DNA of 64,000 nt. Source: an uncultured Planctomycetaceae bacterium (lineage in GTDB: Bacteria > Planctomycetota > Planctomycetia > Planctomycetales > Planctomycetaceae). Positions 11,601 to 23,280 of the stretch are shown here, one piece after another. The stretch is from assembly GCA_963813715.1 (NCBI GenBank), contig CAWFAK010000005.1, positions 128,001 to 192,000 on the forward strand. The letters run 5' to 3'. Under the pieces are notes generated by a model. It did not search any database. It saw nothing but the letters and a program-made list of their open reading frames with translations, and had not been told where the DNA came from. A program made the position numbers and the translations under genes. Numbering within the stretch: the stretch's first letter is position 1; each line of letters opens with the position of its first letter.

Positions 11601-13833
11601 TGAACATCTCGACCAGCGAGATCTGCGGGCCGAAGCGGTCTTGCAGCTTCACGTGCATCCGCGTCAACAGCAGCGAGTCGCCGCCCAGGTCGAACAAGTT
11701 GTCGCGGACGTCGATCTGCTCGAGGGACAGCGCCTCTTTCCAGATCTCGGCGAGCTGCTTTTCGATTTCGTTCTGCGGCAGTTGCGGCTGGGCATGTGCG
11801 GCACGAGCGTCGTCGGGCTGCCGCTGCAGGCGACCGACGGCGGCCAGCACGGCGGCAAACTCGCCGGCGGCGAACCGGCGTGCCAGTTCCATGCGTTGAA
11901 TCTTGCCGATCGCCGTCTTGGGGATCGCCTCTTTCGCGACAGGGAGCAAGAAATCGGGTCGCACGCCGGTCTGGCGGACGAGTCGTTGCTGGATCTCACG
12001 CAACAGCTCGCTCAGCGGCGTTTCTTCATCGGTCGCCGTGTGGAAGAAGACGGCCAATTCCTCGCGGTCGCTGCCGGGGCGACGCACCGCGCAAGCCGCG
12101 GTGAATGAAGGTTCGACGCCGGGCACGCCGCCGACCGTCTCTTCCAACTCGCTGCAGGCGTAATTGACGCCGCGAACGATGATGCTTTCCTTCGCCCGCC
12201 CCGTGATCACCAGTTCGCCGTCGGCCAGAAGTCCCAGGTCGCCGGTTTCAAACCAGCCGTCCGCGTGAAAGACGCGGTTGGCTTCCGGGTTGTGAAAATA
12301 GCCCGGCGTGACGGCCGTGCCGCAAACCTGCAAATGGCCGATCGTCGCTTCCGGAACGACCTGCTGCTCGTCGTCGACGATCCGCAGGCCGACGCCGGGA
12401 ATCGGCGGCCCCAGGCTGGCGAAGGTGCCGGCGCTCTCGACTTCTGACTTGGACGAACCCGCGGAGGGCGCCGGCGCGCCGGACCGCTGCACCGAGAGAA
12501 ACTTCAGCGGCCGATCGTGCCGCACGACTTGATACGTAATGCCCGAGCCTGTTTCCGCCATGCCGAACGCCGGCCGAATCGCGGTCGCGGGAAGTCCATA
12601 AGGCGCGAGCTCTTTCAAGAAGGGCTCGGTCACGGTTTGCGAAACCGATTCGCCGGCCGTCAACATTCCGTCGACGCACGACAGGTCCCACGTCGGCGCG
12701 GGCGAGTTACCCGGCCGCGCGGTGAGTGAGCTCGTCACGAGCGAATACGCAAAGTTGGGCGCCCAGGTGTGGGTGACCCGATATTTGTCGATCAGGTCGA
12801 GCCAGTGCAGCGGCCGGGCGATCACACTTTCCTTTTCGGCATACACCATCCGACAGCCAAGCAGCACGCAGCGGAGGTGCCAGTCCGAAATGCTGCCAAT
12901 GTGATCGAAGGGCAACCAGTTGAGGACGACGTCCTCAGCCGTGTGACCGCACAACAGATTCGCGCCGTGGGCACGCTGAATGATGTTGGCGTGCGTCAGC
13001 ATGATGCACTTGGGTACACCCGTGCTGCCGGACGTGAGGCTGAAGAACGCCGTGTCTTCGGGGCGAGCTGCAAACGTATCGTTCGCGGGAGCCGACGTGA
13101 GCAGGCTCGCAATGTCCGTCGTGCGGACCGATTCGACATCGAGCCTTCCGGCCAATGAGCGGACCGGTTCGAGCAAGTTGCTCTTCGTGATCAAGAGCGG
13201 ACCATCAAGCAGTCGCCAGACCTTGCAAAGCTGCTCGAGGCCTCGGTTTTCTCCGGTGAACGTGGGAGGAATTTGCGCGATGGCCGGTCGAATTCCACCG
13301 AGCAGACAACCCCAGAACGCGGGCAGTACATCGGCACTGCGATCGAGCAACAAGAGTGCGCTGTCACCCGGCTTGAGTCCCAACTTTGCGAGACCACCGC
13401 AGACGGCCGAGGCTTCGCCGAGCAGGTCCCCGAAGTTTTGCCATTTTTCGCTCCCATCCGCGCGGACATGCACGAGGCTCTGGGCCGAGTCGTTTTGCGC
13501 CGTGCGCCGCAGTGCATCGGGCAGCGTTTGCGGGAATTCCGCGAGACCTGGCAGAGCGACCGCCGGGCAGTGCGCAAGAGCGGGAGAGGGGGCAGGAGCA
13601 TCGCTCATTGCCGCGTCCGGCGTTGTAGACAGTGAGGTCACAATCCGCACGTCAACTTGCTCGGCCAGATTGGCTGCACGTTCATTCAGCAGGCCACGCA
13701 GATCGTCCACCGACCGATCGGCTTCGACGACGCAGCGGACCGTCCAGCGCCCGTCCGATCCGGGGAGCACTTCAAATGCGCGGATCCACGCAGCTGAGGC
13801 GAACAGAGAGAGCAATGTCGCCGATGGATCCAT
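8671..13833 (-). CDS. Type I PKS: fatty acyl-AMP ligase-like A domain + ACP + KS + degenerate AT (frameshifts near 11440 and 11250)
   Basis: A domain: TSGSTGVPK, FGMAET, TGDLG, GRAKE, PKTAIGKIQR. ACP: LGGDSL. KS triad: TACS, EAHGTGT, NVGHL. AT: GHGAGEY. Post-AT linker: LPTYPFERKRFW. The start could be 13833 or 13920. Confidence 0.85.
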
Positions 13834-14401
13834 AAGCCCGCAATCTCGCGCGACGATTCCGTGCCGGGCAAACTGGTTCGACGCCGAACCCCTGGTCCCA
13901 AGAGTGGCGCAACAAACCATTTCCGCGAGGCATTTTTGATGCCGCGGTTGCCCAGACAGTGAATCGCTTCGTGTTGTTGGAGTTGATGGCCTGACGGTCA
14001 GCCCGGATTCTTAAAGGTCGCGTCATCCGGGACAACGGCTGACTGCGCGTGCAGTCGATGCGGGCTCTGCGACGGGCCTGTTCGACCGCGAACGCCGGTC
14101 AGCGCTCCCAGCTTCGCTCACCTTCGACTGCGGTCCAAAAGTCAGTAGAGAGCCACTGTTATGTTGCGCAAGGCAAAAGTCAAGAACTGAGGCCTAAAAC
14201 CCCCAGATCAAACTTGGACCGTCGCCCGCCGGATCGACGAATCGTTGTGATCGTTTAAGAGTCGCGCCTGACCCAGCAGCTCGTTTGGCCGCGGTGCGGG
14301 CGCCAAAATTAAATGCGGTTTAGAGAACCCAAAGTCTCGCGCGTCTTCGGCAGGGCCGTCGCGACGAATTGAGATCTCCGCGGCCGCTGGCTCGGCAACA
14401 G

Positions 14402-17400
14402 TCAGGTCGCGGGACCCTTGGGGCCGTAGCCTTTGCGCCGTTTGCCTTCGGCCTGCCGTTGTGCGTCGGCGAGGGCGGCGGCCCGATCGGCGAACGCTTT
14501 CGTCACGCCCTGGCCGCGCGAGCCGATGCGACCGAAGCGCACCGTTTGCTCCGACCCGTTCACGGAGATTTCCCAGAACTTCGAGGAGCCGCCCCCCACG
14601 AATTCGAGATATTCTGTCCAGCGGTCGGTGGACTCCTCTGCCGGAGCCGCGGGCGGCTGCGGATGTGCTGTCGGGTCCAACCTCGGGGGGCGGATCGGGA
14701 GGCGGATTGTGGGTCGGACCAGGCAGCGGATCAGGCGGCACGAGTTCGCCCTCGTCGACCGGCTCGTCCAACTCTTCACCCGCCAGCAGTCGTTCGATTC
14801 GCGCCACCACACCGGCCCGATCTTGATACCAGTCGCGGGCCAGCACGACGTAAGTTCGCCAGCCGAACGCGGTGAGTAAGTCGGGCTTGAGCAGCTCGCG
14901 TTCGATCAAGTCCCGCTGGGCGTACCAGTCCGCCGTGTCGACCAGAATGCCCAGCCGATACCCGCGGTCGCCGGCTCGCGAAACGGCCAGGTCGCAGCGG
15001 AAGTGCGATTGGCCGACCGACCGATCGACGCGGTACCCACGTTCTTCTAGTGCGCTGGCCAGCTGGCCAACAACGGCGTCGTCGGTCGGCTCGCGCGCGT
15101 CGGTCGCCGTCCGCGCCTGCGAAAGCGTGGCCAGCAGCTGCGAGGCGATCTCGACGTCACCGATCGAGGCCGCTTCAGCATATCGCAAATAGTTCTTGAG
15201 GCAGTTGGCCCCTTCGTTGTAGTCGTTGGTGATGTCGGAGAAGCGGATCGAGCTGACCAGCGCCATCTGGCAGCGGGCCCGCGAAAAGGCGACGTTGAGC
15301 CGCTTGTGACCGCCCGACACGTTGATCGGGCCGAAGTTCATGCGCATCTTGCCGTCGCGGGTCGGGCCGTAGCAGACGCTGAGGATGATGATGTCCCGCT
15401 CGTCCCCCTGGATGTTCTCCAAGTTTTTGACGAGCAGGCCGACGAATTGCTCGTCTTCCTCCCGTTCCGTTTCCAGTTCCAGCCGGCGGGCGAACTCCGG
15501 ATCCTCGTCGGCCAGGCTGGCCAGTGCCGACTCGATCTCCGCTTGCTGGGCCTCCGAGAACGCGATGATGCCGATGCTGCGGCCTTCCTCGCGCTCCAGA
15601 ATCCGCCGCACGAGCCCGGCGATATAGGCGGCCTCCTCCGCGTTGCGGCGGTTTTCGTAAACGCCGTGCTCCAGGAAGTGGAAGCTCACGGCGCGCTCGA
15701 GTAGCTCGTCCGCGTTCTGGGTCGCGTCGTCCGGCGACTCGACGCGGAGCTCGCGGGCGCCGCGCGTCGAAAGCCGCGCGTCGGGGACGGTCAACAGGCG
15801 GCCGTCGTAGAAGGCATGGTTCGAGAAGCTGATCAACGATTCCGACTGGCTGCGGTAGTGCCAGGCCAGCATGCACGCGGGCAAGTTGCGGGCCGCCTGG
15901 TTGAGGAAGCTGTTGCTGTCGACATCGTAGGTCACCAGCTCGCCGTTCTCCTCGAACGTCAGCTCGTCCCCTTCGTCCGGGCGCTGGCTCACGAAGAAGT
16001 TCGTGGGAGGGAGCTGCATCTCGTCGCCGACGACGATCGCCTGCCGCGCGCGAAAGATCGACGGCACGGCCTCCTCCAGCGTGATCTGGCTCGCTTCGTC
16101 GAAGATCACCACGTCGAAGGTGTCGGCATTGAGCGGCAGCGTGTCGGACACGCTGAGCGGACTCATCAGCCAGACGGGCTTCAAATCGCGGATGACGGCC
16201 CCCGAGTCGCCCGACATCAGGTCGCGGATCGACTTGTAGCGCATGGTCTTGGCGAATTCGTGTTCCAGCTCGCGCCGGCCGCGGTTGTACGTCGGTTTGA
16301 ATGCCTTTTGTGGCACGCTGAGCTGCGCGGCTGGACTGGCGAACGTGTTGACGTGCTCGAGAAACGTCTGGCGAATGATCTCGCGGACGCGCTGGGCATT
16401 TTGTTTCTGCCAGTCGTCGCCCAGACGGCGGAGCCGCGCGAGCTGTCGGCGGCGCGCCGTTCCATCGAAGCGGCCGACGGCCCGGTCGCGCCAGGCGAGC
16501 TGCAGGCTGCGTTCGGCCGTCGCCGCCTCCAGCGCCGGCAGGCTGAGCGGAAAGCTGCGGATCGACTCGGCCAGTTTCGGCGGGAGCGCGCTCAGTTGCG
16601 TCAGGCAATGCAGGTAATCGGGCAGCTCGTCGAGCGAGTCTTCCATCTCGGTGAAAGCGTGTTCCAGCTCGGGCAGGCTCGCGTGCCGATACGCGTCGAG
16701 GAATTCGTCGCAATTGGCCACCAACCGACCCAACTCGTCGGAGAGCGCGGCCACGCCGAGAACCTGCGCGTCGCCACCGGGCGACGTCGTGACGTGCCGG
16801 TGCAGCGAGCGGACGGTCTCGGGCAAGCGATCGATTGTCTGCTCGAGCGACGACAGCTCGGCGGCCAGCTGGTCGAATTCCCCCTCCAAGCCGAAGGCGT
16901 GACAAGTCGCCCGGGCCAGTTCGTCGCGGCGGGCGACGGCCTGATGCTCTTCGCGCAGCTGGTCGAGGATGCGGACCCAGGAAGGGCGGACTTTGTGCTG
17001 CGAGAAGTCGTAGGCCCGATGGAGCACGCCGCGGAGCCGCCACCAGGCCGGCTGGAGGAAGGCAAACATCCGCCCGTCGAATTGGCGGGCTTGGGCGAGG
17101 GCCGTCTCGACGTCGTCGGGCGACAGTTTTTCCCGCCAGGCCTGCGTCGCCTCCCGCTTCTTGGCGATCTCCTGGTCGCCCTGTCGAATCTTTTTTGTCT
17201 CGGCTTGCCAGCGCTGGGCTGCCTCGCTCGAGGGATTCAGAATCGACATCGCCTGCGCGGGCGAGAAAGGCTGCCTGCCGCGCGTAGGCGACGGCCTGGC
17301 ACAAGTTGCCCCAGATCATCGAACGAGCCGCCCGGCAGCGCGAGCCGCTCCAGGTCGGCCTGCAATCGGCGGAGCTCGGCGCCGCTCTGTGTCAGGCAGC

Positions 17401-20034
17401 GGCTGACCAAGTCCAACGGACGCTCGGCTTCGACAACCTTGCCGCTCAAGAGGTGCAGCGGATGATGAGCCAGGATGCCGTCGGCCTGCACGTCGCCGAC
17501 GGTTTCGCCCAGCTCGGTCAGTTGCCCGCGGTGGCGGTGCCAGTCGGCGTAAAACGGGATTCGCTCCCACTCCAGCGGCGACAGGTCGGGCGCCTGGTCG
17601 GCCAGGCGGATTCGCCGATCGAGCGTCGCCCGCAGCGGCCACGCAGCACGTGTCGGGAGCGCTTCGCATGGCGGCATCGAACTGCTCGAGCGGCTGCAGC
17701 TCCTTCTCGAACTGGCCGACGAGACGCCCGCGGCGCGCCGCCGCCTCGTCGCGCTTTTTGTCGGCGGCGGCCAGGTGCGACTCGTACGTCGCCTTGAGAT
17801 CCATCACGAACTCTTTCTTGTCGGCCTGCGAGTCGTGAATCAGGCAGCAGAGTTCGTGCAGGCCGCGCTGCTTGAGCCGATGATAGACGACGTCGATCGC
17901 CGCCCGCTTCTCGCACACAAAGAGCACGCGTTTGCCGCGGACGACGAAGTCCGCAATCAGATTCGTGATCGTCTGCGATTTCCCGGTTCCCGGCGGCCCC
18001 TGGATGATGTAGCTCGCGCCGCTGCGAGCCAGGGCGATGGCGTGGGTCTGCGTCGGGTCGCAGGAGACAACGTGAAACCGCTCGGCCAGCGGCAGCGTTT
18101 CCGTCGTGGCCGGCCGCACCTCGCGCGGCGCGATGGCGAACGTCGCCTCGAACGCCGGATTCACCGACGTGTCGTCCGCCAACTCGCCGTAATCGCGAAC
18201 CAGCGACATGCGACGATATCGCAAGTTCGACAGTGTCACGGAGCAGAGATCGAACTCCCAGTTGTACGGGTTGTCGTCCGCCTGCTTGCGGACCTGGTAG
18301 AACTTGCGCTCGGCTTCGGCGACGGGCGGTCCGTCTGAGGCGGCCGCCGCTGGCTGGCTCTTCCGCGGCTGGGTCTTCCGCACGTCGACCGGCGGCGGAT
18401 CGGTTGTCTGCCCGTCCTGCGGCTCCGCCTCGTCCTTTAACTCGACCATATATTGAGGCGGCGGCGGACCCGTCGACACGATCTGCTCGAGACGCGTTTT
18501 GGCGGGGCGGACAAACTCTTTGAAGATCCGCACGCCCAGCGGATGGTAGTTCGACGAGTCGTAGCTGTAGTCGAGGTCCAGAAACGAGCGGATGCCGCGG
18601 CCGGACAGCCGGGCGTGCCGGCGAAACTGGTCGAGCCGCCGCCGGGCCTTCTCGTGGATCAAATCAATCCGCGGCCGGTCGACCTTCGTCAGCGTCACCG
18701 ACGGATCGCCCGCCTGAATCTGCGCGTTGAGGTCGGCGTGAAACGCGGCGATGCCCTCGGGCGTGGGGTCGATCGAAACGGGCAGATCGATGTCGTACCA
18801 CTGCTTGAAGAGGTGCCGCACCACCGGGTTCACTTCGGCCTGCGTTTCAAGAGCGGTGAGCAAGTAGCGATCGTGAATCCCCTTTTTCACCGCGAGCCTC
18901 ACCGGCAGCATCAACAGCGGCGACTCGTAGCGGCCGGGGGGCTTGTCCTTGAGATTGGCCCACCGCAGGAAACAAATCACCAACCGCAATTGGGCGAAGC
19001 CGTATTCGCGCTCGTCGCGGGCGGCCTCGGCCCGGATGCGGTCGAGCGTGCCCGGCAGGTACACGGCCTCGCGAAAGTTCAGATACTTGTTGAGCGAGAC
19101 GGCCTGGCCGCTGAGGACATCGCGGCAGAAGCGACCGTTCCAGGTGACCAGCTGATCCTCGCGGACATTGCGGTAGTCGAACATCAGCGGGATCGAGGCG
19201 TGCGTCAGGTTGACCGACTGCATCGTCGACTGGAACTCGAGCAGCCGATTGCGGCGCGAGACCTCGAACAGCCGCTCCCGCAACTTGTCGAGAATGATCC
19301 GTCGCTTGGCGGGCGGCGCCGCGCCGCCAAAACCGCGATTGCTGGCGAGATCCGTCTCAAAGTCGACTTCCTGATCGCGATAGTTCTCGAGCGCGTGCAG
19401 CACGCTCCGCAGATCCTGCGGCCGCTGGTGGCGATCGAGTTCGGTCATCGCCCGGATGACCTTCGCCAGCACGGGATGCAGTCCGGGCGTCAATTCGAAC
19501 AGGTTGCCGCGACGAGCGACGAACCGCTCGGTGGTCCGTCGGGATCGGTGAGGTCCAGGCTGCAGGCCAGGCTGGCCAGAATCAGCCCCAAGCTGAAGAC
19601 GTCGGTGAGCGGGTCGTGATGCCCCAGCCGATGTTCCCAGCAGACGTAGCCACGGAGATAGGCGGGTCGCTCGAGTTCGGCGCCGGGCTCGCCGGCCGCC
19701 TTCGATTGGACTTCGTCGACCCCCGTGTCGAGCTGGCGGACGACGGTCGCCCGGTTGACGACCTCGACCCCCTTGGCCTCCGGCTTGAGCAGGCGGCGGA
19801 CGCGCGACAGCTTGCTCTGAGGCGGACAGCGATCCTGCTCAGCCGAAGCCGATCCGCCCGCCATCGACCTGGAGCGCGCTCAGCCCCTCGAGCGGCGCAC
19901 ATCCCAGCCTCGTGCGCAGCGATCACCTGACGTACAAGCGGCAGAAACGCCGCCAGCGCGTCTTCGGTTGTGAAGCCGCCGTGTTCGATGCGCTCGTGGA
20001 GAAATTCGTGAAACGACGTCAGTCGGCTGGACAT
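14402..20034 (-). CDS. Large multidomain SF1 helicase: pseudokinase C-lobe / DUF4011-like / UPF1-DNA2-type helicase / Vsr-MTES_1575-like / WGR (rejoined across about 6 frameshifts)
   Basis: Kinase remnants: DVFSLG and MTELDRHQRP. DUF4011-like: LFEVSRRNRLLEF, SPLLMLPV. Walker A: QGPPGTGKSQT. Helicase motifs: IFDEASQ, GDEMQLPP, HYRS, IQGDERD, RLNVAFSRAR. Nuclease-like: VGQSHFRCDLAV..GW. WGR: SSKFWEI..FGRIG..KRRKGY. Confidence 0.85.
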
Positions 20035-21271
20035 CGTCCGGATGTCGTTCGGCCTCGGCCACGATCGTGGCGGCGTTTTTGCGAACGGCTTCAAATTGTC
20101 GTTTGGTCATTCGCAGTTCCTTCCCCGCGATGGCGACCAGGCGATCCTCAATTTCGAGCCGGCGCGCCAGCAAGAGGGCGGCGGCGAACGGGGCCTCTTC
20201 CAGGTCGGCATCCGACGTGGCGAAATCCAGCAGCACGTAGCAGAAGTAATCCCGCAGCGGCTCGTCGCCGGCGGCGATGGCCTGCGTCAGCTCGTCGAGA
20301 TTTCCGTCGCGGCATTCGGTCGCATCGAAGTCTTCAAAAAACTGTTTGGCGTGGGCCAGGATCGTGTCTGTCTGGATCCAGGCGGGCGCGAGAAAGTGCT
20401 CGAGCAGCGCCCGCGTCGACTGGGCGACTCGCTTTTGCCGCAACAGGTCGAGCGTGCCGATGGCCAGCGGCCCTTCGATGAGCGTTTCCAGCGCCGCATC
20501 GACGCTCTTGGGATCGAGCGACCAGAGCTGCAGAGCCCGCGCGCGAATGAACATTTCCGGATGCGTGACGCCTTCGCTCTTGGTCGCCCCGCGCCGCAGC
20601 ACCTCTTCGGCCTGCTTGAGGTAGGCGTCGGCACTCGCCTGCCGCAGGCCAGTTTCCATTTTCACCTGCATCGACACGCAGGCCGCCAGATCGCCGGTCA
20701 TCGCCAGCGTCAGGCGGTCGCAGAACAGCTCGGTGTAGAGCTTGAAGTGCTTCCACGTCCGCTCGTGCGCGGCCGATGCGGCCCGGTCGCCCAGCATGGC
20801 CGCCAACACCTGTTCGACGATCAGATACGCGCCGTCCTCGATCGAGAACAACCAATGGTGCGCGATCTCGTGCCCGAACAGCGCGATCAACTCCGCTTCG
20901 GTCAGCGTCTCCTGCACGGGGCCGTGCAGCACGACGTGCACTTCGCCCGGCAGCCACGCCAGCGACGCATTGAGCCCCTTGGCGTTTTGCGCCTGGTAGA
21001 GCGTGATGGACGTATCGTGGCCGAGGCGGTCGGCCGCCGCCTTCGCCGCCCGGTACAAGTCAGCCGAGGTGGCCGGCTCGAGCCGATAGGTCGACTTGAG
21101 CAGTTCGTGTCGCACGGCCTCGGCGTACTCGGTCCGCACTTTCTGCGAGGCGATCCAATTCCAGATTTCCTGCTCGTCCGTGCGAAGAAATTCGAGCAAC
21201 TCGCGGTGATAGCGCGTCGGTTCGACGACCGGGCGACCCGCGTCTACCGAGGTCGTGAGGGAGGTCGACAT
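19880..21271 (-). CDS. M48 (HtpX/Ste24-like) zinc metalloprotease; the true stop may lie near 20020-20040
   Basis: LNAS, GHEIAH zinc motif, third ligand in TELFCDR, and THP..R motif. No signal peptide. Its 3' end overlaps the helicase start at 20034. Confidence 0.85.
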   Translation of the reverse strand: MSTSLTTSVDAGRPVVEPTRYHRELLEFLRTDEQEIWNWIASQKVRTEYAEAVRHELLKSTYRLEPATSADLYRAAKAAADRLGHDTSITLYQAQNAKGLNASLAWLPGEVHVVLHGPVQETLTEAELIALFGHEIAHHWLFSIEDGAYLIVEQVLAAMLGDRAASAAHERTWKHFKLYTELFCDRLTLAMTGDLAACVSMQVKMETGLRQASADAYLKQAEEVLRRGATKSEGVTHPEMFIRARALQLWSLDPKSVDAALETLIEGPLAIGTLDLLRQKRVAQSTRALLEHFLAPAWIQTDTILAHAKQFFEDFDATECRDGNLDELTQAIAAGDEPLRDYFCYVLLDFATSDADLEEAPFAAALLLARRLEIEDRLVAIAGKELRMTKRQFEAVRKNAATIVAEAERHPDDVQPTDVVSRISPRAHRTRRLHNRRRAGGVSAACTSGDRCARGWDVRRSRG

Positions 21272-21465
21272 CGTGATCCGCACGAGTTGAGAGGGATTGC
21301 GACCAGGCACGCGCGAGCGATCGAAACAGCCGGCGCAAGAGCGCCTGCATCGCCCCGTCATCTTGTCCGACGATATTGCCCCAGAATGACGGGATTCGGC
21401 GGAAAACGCCAGTTCTTGTGCGCAGGCGTGCGGCGAACGATCAGCCGCCGCCCAATCGCGATGCT

Positions 21466-23137
21466 TCAGTGCCCGGTCGCCGCTTCCGACTCCGGCGTCG
21501 GCGGGCGTCGCCCCACCCACCAGCCAAAACTCACAAACACTGCGGCGAACAACAGGTATCCGACGGCGATGCCGAACGTGTGGGCCGCGAATGCTCCTGG
21601 CGCCGGCTCGGCGAAGATGAAGAGGAAGTCGACCACGTTCCCCTTCAACTGGTAGGCGTGTGTCAGCCCCAGCGCGGCAAAGGCGGCAGCGATCAGCGAC
21701 CAGAGTGCGGCCGCGTAGAACTTGCGATCGATGAGGAAGGCGGCAATCGCGGCCAGGATCATGCAGGTGAAGATGTAGCCCCGCTCCATCACCAACAGGC
21801 CGTGCAGCAAAAAGCCGTTCACGTCAAAGTTGTGATTGGCGGTGAGCGCGGCTTGCATCGTCAGTGTGGCGCCCGCCAGCCCCACCATAATAAACGCCCC
21901 TTGCACGACGGTCAGACCCCACGCGGCGATCGCCGGAAACAGGCCCACGGCCACGGCCGGTGCGTGGTCGCGCGGCGTCGTTTGAAACGCCTGGGCCGTG
22001 ATGATCACGCCGATCCAGAGCACGATCGGCATCCCCGCCTCGATGGGGATCACGCTGCGAATCAGGCTCACGGTTCCGGTGAGGCAGATCAGCGTGATCA
22101 CCAGCCCGTTCAAGGTCGAGTAGCCGGCCCGCGCGCCGAGCGCCTTCCAGCCGGGATGCCCGATATAAATCGTCGTGGGAAAGCAGCTGCCAAACAGCGA
22201 CGCCGCGATCGTGGCGATACCGTTCACCGAGAGCGAAGCGGCCGTGGGAAAGCGATCGCCCGCCGCCTCGGCCGACTCGATGTTCTGCAGGCTGCCCAAC
22301 ACGTTGAACAGGCCCATCGGAATGATCACCGACAAAAATCCCAACCACTCGTGCGGGTTGTTGGCGATCTCTTTGAGGAAGTTCCACAGCGGCACGCCGG
22401 CGAAGTGCGGATAGTGCAGACCCGCGCTCGGCCCAGGCGGAGCTGACGGCGCTCGCGCTCATCGCCGGTCCGGCCAGCGACTCCGGCAGCACGCGGGGCA
22501 GCAGCCAGGCGCAGAGCGTGCCGCTGGCAATGGCGACCAGCCCGCCCGGCAGCCCCAGCGGAAAACCGACCCGCGAAAAATACGTGATCAGGATCAGCGC
22601 CAGCGGAAGCATGCCGACGAGCGGCCGCTGAAAGATTTCCAGCGTGAACTTCATCGCGATAAAGCCGATGGCGATGCCCGCCAACGTCGAGAGCAGGGCG
22701 GCCCGCGGCGTGCGGCGACGGATCGGCTCCGCGACGAACGCACCGAAGAACTCGATCAGGCCGCTCCCCAGGCAGGCCACCATTCCCGCCAGCCACGCCG
22801 TCTCCCCGCTGTTGGTCCGTTCAAAGACGGGCTTCATCACGAAGTAGATGTAGATCAACAGCGACGGCGTGTTGATGCCGAAGGGGAGCGCGGTGACATC
22901 GCTGCGGCCGGTGGCCCGGGCGACGAAATGGGCCTGCACGGCGTAGTAGACGTTGCCGATCAGAATGCTGATCGCCGCTCCCGGCAGGATGTACGAGAGC
23001 ATCAGCGACGAACCGCCGCCGATGCCGCAGTCTGCGCACAGTTGCACGATCAGCAGCAACTGCACGAGGTTGTCGACAAACAGGCCGAAAAACCCGTCGA
23101 GATCCCGTTTGACAAAGACCGGGTAGCGTGCCGGCAT
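21466..23137 (-). CDS. NCS2-family nucleobase permease (frameshift near 22420)
   Basis: Many TM helices plus [22 protein letters not shown] and [21 protein letters not shown]. Confidence 0.8.
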
Positions 23138-23280
23138 GATGCGGGCAGACTACTGTGCGGCTCGGCAGCCAGTCAAGAACCGATGCGGCGGCCCCCAGAA
23201 CCGCCGTAGTGGAGTGCTTTGAAATCCGCGGCGGGCGGCCGCTAAGATCAAAATTCTAGCATTGGATCGATTCGCCCTCG

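Noticed and set aside
8671..21271. PKS and helicase/protease genes as one operon or mobile island
   Set aside because: Same strand, but separated by about 500 bp of non-coding DNA; no integrase, tRNA or flanking direct repeats seen.
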